This document shows positions 56,700 to 64,000 of a stretch of DNA of 64,000 nt, piece by piece. Location of the stretch: NCBI GenBank assembly GCA_964016885.1, contig OZ024746.1:75454001-75518000 (forward strand), in the 5' to 3' direction. How positions within the stretch are numbered: position 1 is the stretch's first letter; every line of letters begins with the position of its first letter. Under the pieces are notes generated by a model that was not told the DNA's origin, searched no databases, and saw only the letters and a list, made by a program, of their open reading frames with translations. The DNA comes from Eledone cirrhosa (Eukaryota). A program made the position numbers and the translations under genes.

Positions 56700-57162
56700 A
56701 AATAAATAAATAAAATGAAAAAATAAATAAATAAAGTAAGAATAAAAATGACGTCACTACGATGAAGACCATGCCTGCAAATATTTTCGAAAAATATCTG
56801 GCAGTAAAAAAAATGTTTCTTTAAAATCTTTTTCTTCCTCCATAAACACGAGACCAGAAACATCCAATTTGGGAATTAATTTGGTTAATTTTTCTAAAGC
56901 TGGTGAACTCTTAAAAACACGTTTGTGGCTTGCTGCTCCAAATAATGATTTCTAGTATAGGCACAAGGCCAGTAATTTTGAGGGCAGGGAAAGTCGATTA
57001 AATTGACTCCAGTGCGTGACTGGTACTTTATTTTATCGACCCCGTAAGGATGAAAGCAAAGTTAACCTCGGCGGGATTTGAACTCAGATCATAAAGGGCC
57101 GTAACTCTGTGCTGCAAAGCATGCTGTCCGACGCTCTACTGATACTGCCAATCCGCTGCCCT
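56700..57162 (-). mobile_element. Composite SINE plus 3' extension (copy 2)
   Basis: Near-identical to 2651-3082. Confidence 0.75.
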
Positions 57163-57578
57163 GGTTTAAATGAATATATAATGAAATGTTGCAGGAAAAC
57201 AACTTTAACTATTCGCTCAAGTTAAACATATGCAAATAGGAATCAACAACGGGAATCTCTCTGTCATCACGTTACCTTTCGAGAAATAGCAACGAAAGCT
57301 CCCTCAAATAACCGTCTTTAAAGAAAAAAAAAAAAAAAACAATGAATGACATTGCATATTGTATTTCTAGACACACCATTATTGAATATAAATTTAGTGA
57401 TCAGTACTGGAAACCTTTTGATCATAAATCTTCTCGGTCAGGGCAGACCTGCGGCTAATTTAACCAAAATAGTGTTACTACGAACCAACGAGGTAGCCTT
57501 TATGAGGTCGATTGGCTCGCTAGAAATAACAGCCAAATCTTCAAACCACACCCTACAATGTTGTTTTAAATAATAATT

Positions 57579-57646
<68 letters not shown>

Positions 57647-57677
57647 CCTAATTACATACACATACATATATGTGTGA

Positions 57678-57728
<51 letters not shown>

Positions 57729-58677
57729 GTATACGCAGACGTGGAAATAATGAGAGCCGTTTAAAGAGTTAGACGTAATGGGGTTAGCAGTGTGAATGTT
57801 CGGAAGAGAAGTGGTGGTGGTGGGTAGAGTTAAATAAAACTGCGCTGTGAACATCAACGGAAGATTGGTTGGTGGTGGTGGTGAGCTGGAAGGAGAGTTG
57901 CAGAAGTAGAGAGGAGGGGTGGGTGGAGTAACATTTGAGAAAGTTTGGAGTTGACGTTTGTTCTTGGAGACACATTTGAAATGTCAGAGATGAAGATAAG
58001 AGGGAGAGAGAGAGGGGGGAGAGTAACAGACAAGGAGGGGTTGAAAAAGATAGGGATAGACAAATAGACTGATATTTAGCGAGAGAGGGGTAGGGAGAGT
58101 TTGAGAGAGGGAGAGAGAAAGATGAATGTAAGGTAGAGACTGAGAGAGGGAGAGAACTAAAGAGCAAGAAATAAAGAGAGATGTGGAGACAAAGAGAGAA
58201 AGAGAGGCAGGGATCATGGTGAAGTAAAGATAGATAGAGAGAGCGTGTGTGAGAGAGAGGGGGGAGAGAGATGGTGAGAGGAGAGGAGAGAGTGACTAAG
58301 TGGTAGAGAGAGAGGGAGCGGCAAGGAAATCTGCTTAGATGTACAGAAATCTATAGATATATAGACAGGTGTGTGTGTGTGTGTGTGTGTGTGTTTGTTT
58401 GTGTGTGTATGTGTTTGGTTGTGTGTGTGTGTGTGTTTGTGTGTGTGTTTGTTTGTGTTTGAGTGTGTGTGTGTGAGTTTGTGTCTGTGTGTGTGTGCGC
58501 GTGTTTCTGTGTGTGTTTGTTTGTGTTTGTGTGTGTGTGTGTGTGTGTGAGTTTGTGTGTGTCTCTGTGTGTGTTTGTGTGTTTGTTTGTGTGTGTGTGT
58601 GTGTTTGTGTGTGTGTGTATTTGTGTGTGCGTGTTTGTTTTTATGTGAGAGTGTGTGTGTGTGTAGATATACGTATA

Positions 58678-58715
<38 letters not shown>

Positions 58716-58973
58716 AAGAGATAAATGTTAATCTACATATATATTCAGAACTACTTATTGGTTTACGTATGTATGTATGTATGTATGTATGTATGTATGT
58801 ATGTATGTATGTACGTACGTACGTCTGTATGTATGTATGTATGTATGTATGTATGTATGTGTGTATGTATGCATACATGTATGTATGTTTGTATATATGT
58901 ATGTATGGATGGATGGATAGATGGATATATGTATGCTATGTATGAAAGAAAGTAAAATGACAGTATGTGTGTG

Positions 58974-59017
<44 letters not shown>

Positions 59018-59407
59018 TTCTGTGTACGTGTACGTAGACATCACATATAAATATTTCCCACAGGAACCTGTTGTGTTCGAGACATGGGTGAAAGTTTCTA
59101 CCTAATTTCAAAAGATTGCAGTTGTTTGTATAGTTCAGTTGAGGTGTGTCCCTGTTGTACACACATACACAGATATACCCATACACATATGTAGATGCAT
59201 GTATATGTACATACAAACATATACACAGATATACACATGCGTGGATACATATATACATACATAGATACATACATACATACATACATACATACATACATAC
59301 ATACATACATACATACACACATACTTACATACACACATACATACATACATACATACATACATACATACATACACACATACATACATACATACATACATAC
59401 ATACATA

Positions 59408-59672
59408 CATGGTGGCTGCCAACTCGTTTTCGAGTACGGCCACTACTTTATATCCATGTAGGAGAACCCCTACTGATGCGCTGAACAAGTGTGACTTTTT
59501 AGTCCAGCCAGCGACTTGAAAACTCTGGTACAAAGACTACACTTGTGACAATTATTGACACATAGTGTTGGGCCCATGGTACCATGTGACGACAAGTGCA
59601 GAGAGATCTCCAGATATAAAGCAATGCCTGTGCCGTGAAGCTTTTATAGTGAGCAAAGGCACTGCACAAAGC
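59408..59672 (-). mobile_element. Second copy of the 17248-17513 retroelement segment
   Basis: Near-identical sequence; flanked by (TACA)n. Confidence 0.65.
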
Positions 59673-59914
59673 CATACATACATACATACATACATACATA
59701 CATACATACATGCATACGTGTGTGATCATGTTTGTGAGTGTATGTATATATGTATGAATGTATGTATATATGTATATATGTATATATGTTTGTATGTATT
59801 TACACATATGTGTATGAGTTTGTTTTTCCCCAGAAAGTACAAGATACTTTTACTTTTTGAAGTATTGCTTGGGGTAGAATACGGGAATACTGAGAAATTG
59901 CATAGAAATAATAT

Positions 59915-59973
<59 letters not shown>

Positions 59974-60022
59974 GACACACACCTCTTCACAAAAATTATC
60001 GGCTTGTATATTTGTATATATG

Positions 60023-60118
<96 letters not shown>

Positions 60119-60334
60119 GTAAATTCGTATTCCAATGTTGCTAAGTAGTTGCATTGGATGGCGTCAACCAACGTCGGAGATTGCTCAACGTATAATAAAG
60201 TGTGTTTTAAAATCCGGAGAAAATATGGAGAAGTTTATGAAATGGAAATGCGGGTATAAAGAATTTATTAGGTTGTAAATTCTTTATACCCGCATTTCCA
60301 TTTCATAAACTTCTTCTCCATATATATATATATA

Positions 60335-60497
60335 TAACGAAGGAAATGTGGTAAGGAACCAGGTGGACCATAACGCACCAAAGTACTCAATACTTAGGGT
60401 AGTAGAGTGGGTAATAGGGACGAGTAGGACCCCGACGGCTGAGCTCAAGCCGTTTCGTCGAAACGGCTTGAGCTCAGCCGTCGGGGTCCTACTCGTT

Positions 60498-60500
<3 letters not shown>
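60335..60500 (-). mobile_element. Family A fold-back element
   Basis: Arms meet at TTTCG-T-CGAAA; tail; (TA)n flanks. Confidence 0.75.
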
Positions 60501-60535
<35 letters not shown>

Positions 60536-61714
60536 CAAAAAATACACATAATAACATAATACGAAGAGCCAAATGCAACGTTACCTCATCAACCACTTTG
60601 CTGTCAGTGCAGTTTCGTGCCTTCAGGCAGTACTGCACTTGTAATACTAGTTTGCTAAACAGATCGGAGGTCGCTCTGTCATTATGGTGCATGTGAGATG
60701 ATAACAAAACTAAGAGACAAGAAAAATTTACGAGTGTCTTTAGACCAAAGAAGATACATACGTGAAAATTTAAAATTAGAATAGAATGGAGAACAGATTG
60801 CGTATGTAAATGTACAACACATGACATCAGAAGCAGGAAAATATCGACTTTCGTCATTGAAATACGGAGCGAATAAATAATACCCACTGCCCAATTGTGC
60901 GACCTGCTGAAATTGCTAAATCAATGGCCTAACCGCAGAAAGCAGCAGCAGTGGAGAAGTGAGAGTTGAGAAGGAAGCAGAGAGAGAGGAGGGAGAGAGA
61001 GAAAAAGAAAGAGAGGGTGAGTGAGAGAACAAATGAGAAATAGAGAAAGCCCAGGTCATGCTATTGAAAATAAGTGCGTGTTAACATGGATATATATGAA
61101 TATAGTATCAACAAAAAATGCGCAGTTACACAACACGAACAAACATATGCAATATTGACATATATATATGTTTATATATGTTTATTTGTATGTACATATA
61201 TGTGTGTATGTGTGCTTTTACACATCATAACTGCAGCCTGTAAGCCTCATAAACATGTAGAAATTAAATTGAGGAACGGATATTAAAACAAATTAGGTTC
61301 TCGTCCTCAATCCCCAGGTATCTGAGCAGTGGGGACGTTAAATTGATAATGTACCTTGTGAAGATTCAGTTTCAAATTAAAAACTATATTGTCTATTTTT
61401 TTGTATTGAGCATTTGTTTATCTTGTATGTGTGGGTAGATGTAGATGACGTATGTCTGGATCTACAGAGGTAATAATAGTATTTAAAGCATCTAATATAT
61501 ATACATATATATATAATTCTATAAGATCACATGTCCGCACTAACGAAAGCCCCCCCCCTCCCATGCTTTACATGAAAGACTCTCTTGACCCAGGCAGAGC
61601 CCTTGTCAAAAAATAGTTTTTTGCATCTGTGCAGAGTAGTGGTGTGTGGTGATGGTGGTGGTGGTGGTGGTGGTGGTGGTCGCCGTCATCGTCGTCGTCG
61701 CAATAGTAGAATAA

Positions 61715-61754
<40 letters not shown>

Positions 61755-62465
61755 GGTTGTGGTAGTTGGGGTAATGAGCTTAGGGCCTCATTGCCCATGT
61801 AGCCCGTCTCATATAGCCATGAAACACAAGTTAAAATATTATAATTGTTATTAAATATATTTCTTTTTCTATAGGTATCCCCCCTGTTTTATAGGCCGAC
61901 ATAGATCAATGCCGAAATTTCAGCAGTGCTTTCGTGTATAAAGCCTACTTTCATGTACTTTTAATTTTCATTGTTTCTTGCAAGCAAATGTTGGTGGCCC
62001 CAAATGTTTTAACCCCTTGTTGTTTTAATCCGACCTGGTTTCTAGCAGGTAGTGCTACCATCTAGTGATTACCCTGTGGCTAACTCTAATAAGATGGCAT
62101 AGCTGAGTCAGTGATGACTAGGTGAACTAAATGTATTACGCAATAGTACTTAGTACTTAGCACAATAGCCTTAGTACTCCACTCTCTGTCATTCATCGCT
62201 TCAGTAAATAGAGACAGCCGCTCCACTAAGCTCTTCTTTACTTACCTTCTCCTTCTCTCTCTCTCTCTCGTCACGTCTTTCCCTGTCTCTGTATCCCTCT
62301 CTTTACTCTTATAGTCTTTCATTCTCTCTTTCACCTATATGTTTTCCTGTTATTCTCTACAAAATCTCCTCCTCTTCTTCCTTACTGCCCCCACCCCTCC
62401 CCTCTCTCTCGCAATATCTTCCTATCTATATATCTATCCATCTATTTATTTCTCTCTACTTCTCA

Positions 62466-62498
<33 letters not shown>

Positions 62499-62499
62499 C

Positions 62500-62561
<62 letters not shown>

Positions 62562-62678
62562 AAGGGTTTTTTTCTGCTGTGATTGCAATTTAATTTGGAG
62601 GATTTTTAACCGTGTATTTGTATGTTTTGGTTAGCTTAAGCTTATTATTATTTTGTTGTTGAGTAGGGTTTATGTAAG

Positions 62679-62714
<36 letters not shown>

Positions 62715-63199
62715 GCGTGTGTGTATATATACATGCGTGTGTGTGCGTGTGAAGGTGCATGGTTGCAATCGTGAGGTTGTGAGTTTCATTCTCAGACTGG
62801 GTAATGCGTGTCCTTGACACTTTATTTCACGTTGCTTCAGTTAACTCAGCTGTAGAAATGAGTTGCCACATCACTGGTGCCGAGTTATATCAGCCATTGT
62901 CTTTCCCTTGGACAACATTGGTGGCGTGGAGACATGAGGCTGGTATAGGCGACTGCTGGTCTGCCATAAACAACCTTGCCAGATCTTCTATGAAAAAAAA
63001 TGTCCGTCAAAATTATTAAACGTAGTTGTAATTGAGTAAAAAGAACGCAAATAAAGGCTACTATAAATTGTGCAATTGTGAGATAGTTGGTAACTTAGTC
63101 AAATAATAAGACAGAAAAACACCAAAAGAATACTAAAGTAGCGAAATAAACAGTGAAGGTGACAGATAAAGCCTGCTCAATGTTCTGTTCACTTAACGA

Positions 63200-63780
63200 A
63201 AGTAACATCAGCTGAGCTGAAACTGTGCAGAATTATTGTTAAGCACAACCTACCCATTGCTATTTTGGATCATTTGCTTGGCCTTATTTCCATCTATGCT
63301 CTGATTAAAAAATCGCCAAAGACATAAAAAAACTAAAGGAACTTGCATTTTTCAAATGTGATCGGTCCCCATGCTTTCAATGATTTATTGTCTAAGCTAA
63401 ATTCAGCAAAGTTTTCCTTTGTTGCAGATTAAACAATTGATATTTCTACCAACAAGCAACTTGTTTTAGTAGCTTTAGACTTGACTAATGTTATTGAAGG
63501 TAAACAAAAATCGATCATATCATTGGCAATGAAATTTTCCAGCCTTGTGCATGAAGACTAATATCTCTTAATGCACAAAATGAGCCTGAGAAATACTGGT
63601 TTCTTGTTTCTCAAGAAAAATGTGGTTACTTTCTAAATTCATGATGCAGCATCTTTCATTGCTACATTCTTCAGCAGCAGCAGAAAGATTTTTGTCTTTT
63701 CTCAACAACTTAGAAACAAAATATCGCAATGTTTTAAAAACATCAACATTGAACGCCCTGCTAAGATCAAAGTCTCTGCT
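63200..63780 (+). pseudogene. hAT-type transposase remnant (internally deleted)
   Basis: AELKLCRIIVKHNLPIAILDHL; KFSFVAD*TIDISTNKQLVLV; C-terminal dimerisation-like LLHSSAAAERFLSFLNNLETKYRNVLKTSTLNALL. Confidence 0.75.
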
Positions 63781-64000
63781 GCAGGCATTCACAACAGCAA
63801 CTTGTCTCAAACTGGTGCAGCAAGAAAAATATTATTTAATTAAAATATATAAAATAAGTGTAAAACATTTTCTTTTTTAACATTTGTGGGGTTTCATCTT
63901 CAACATCATCGTCATTGTTTAACGTCCGTTTTTCCACGGTCAAGTTGTGAGACAAGAAAGATCACATGACCGTGTCTTGCTCATACAGAACTGTTTCTAG

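Noticed and set aside
60570-60645. Hammerhead-like AGTGCAGTACTGCCTGAAGGCACGAAACTGCACT on the minus strand
   Set aside because: Forms a hairpin, but there is no room for stems I and II around CTGAAGG/GAAA; not a valid HHR topology

Overview
Eukaryotic, repeat-saturated DNA with no recognisable host-gene exons. Nearly all listed ORFs are translations of (TA)n/(CA)n/(GA)n/(TACA)n/(GGT)n microsatellites. The SINE families and microsatellite load suggest an octopus/cephalopod genome (inference). Recognisable content: about 20 copies of a tRNA-headed SINE; RTE, Tx1/L1-like and Hero-like LINE remnants; a mariner remnant; a hAT transposase remnant and hAT MITEs; Helitron-like elements; a U6 snRNA copy fused to a retroelement 3' tail; a 39-bp minisatellite; and a Penelope-like (PLE) GIY-YIG endonuclease remnant. 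The main signal the ORF track does not explain is a dense set of hammerhead ribozyme (HHR) motifs: about 15 near-intact and several degenerate, in about 10 sequence families. They sit in short non-coding elements lodged in (TA)n tracts, often with fold-back arms or partial tandem repeats, as expected for PLE pseudo-LTRs or retrozyme-like elements. All structures were paired by eye, and coordinates are hand-counted and may be off by a few bases.
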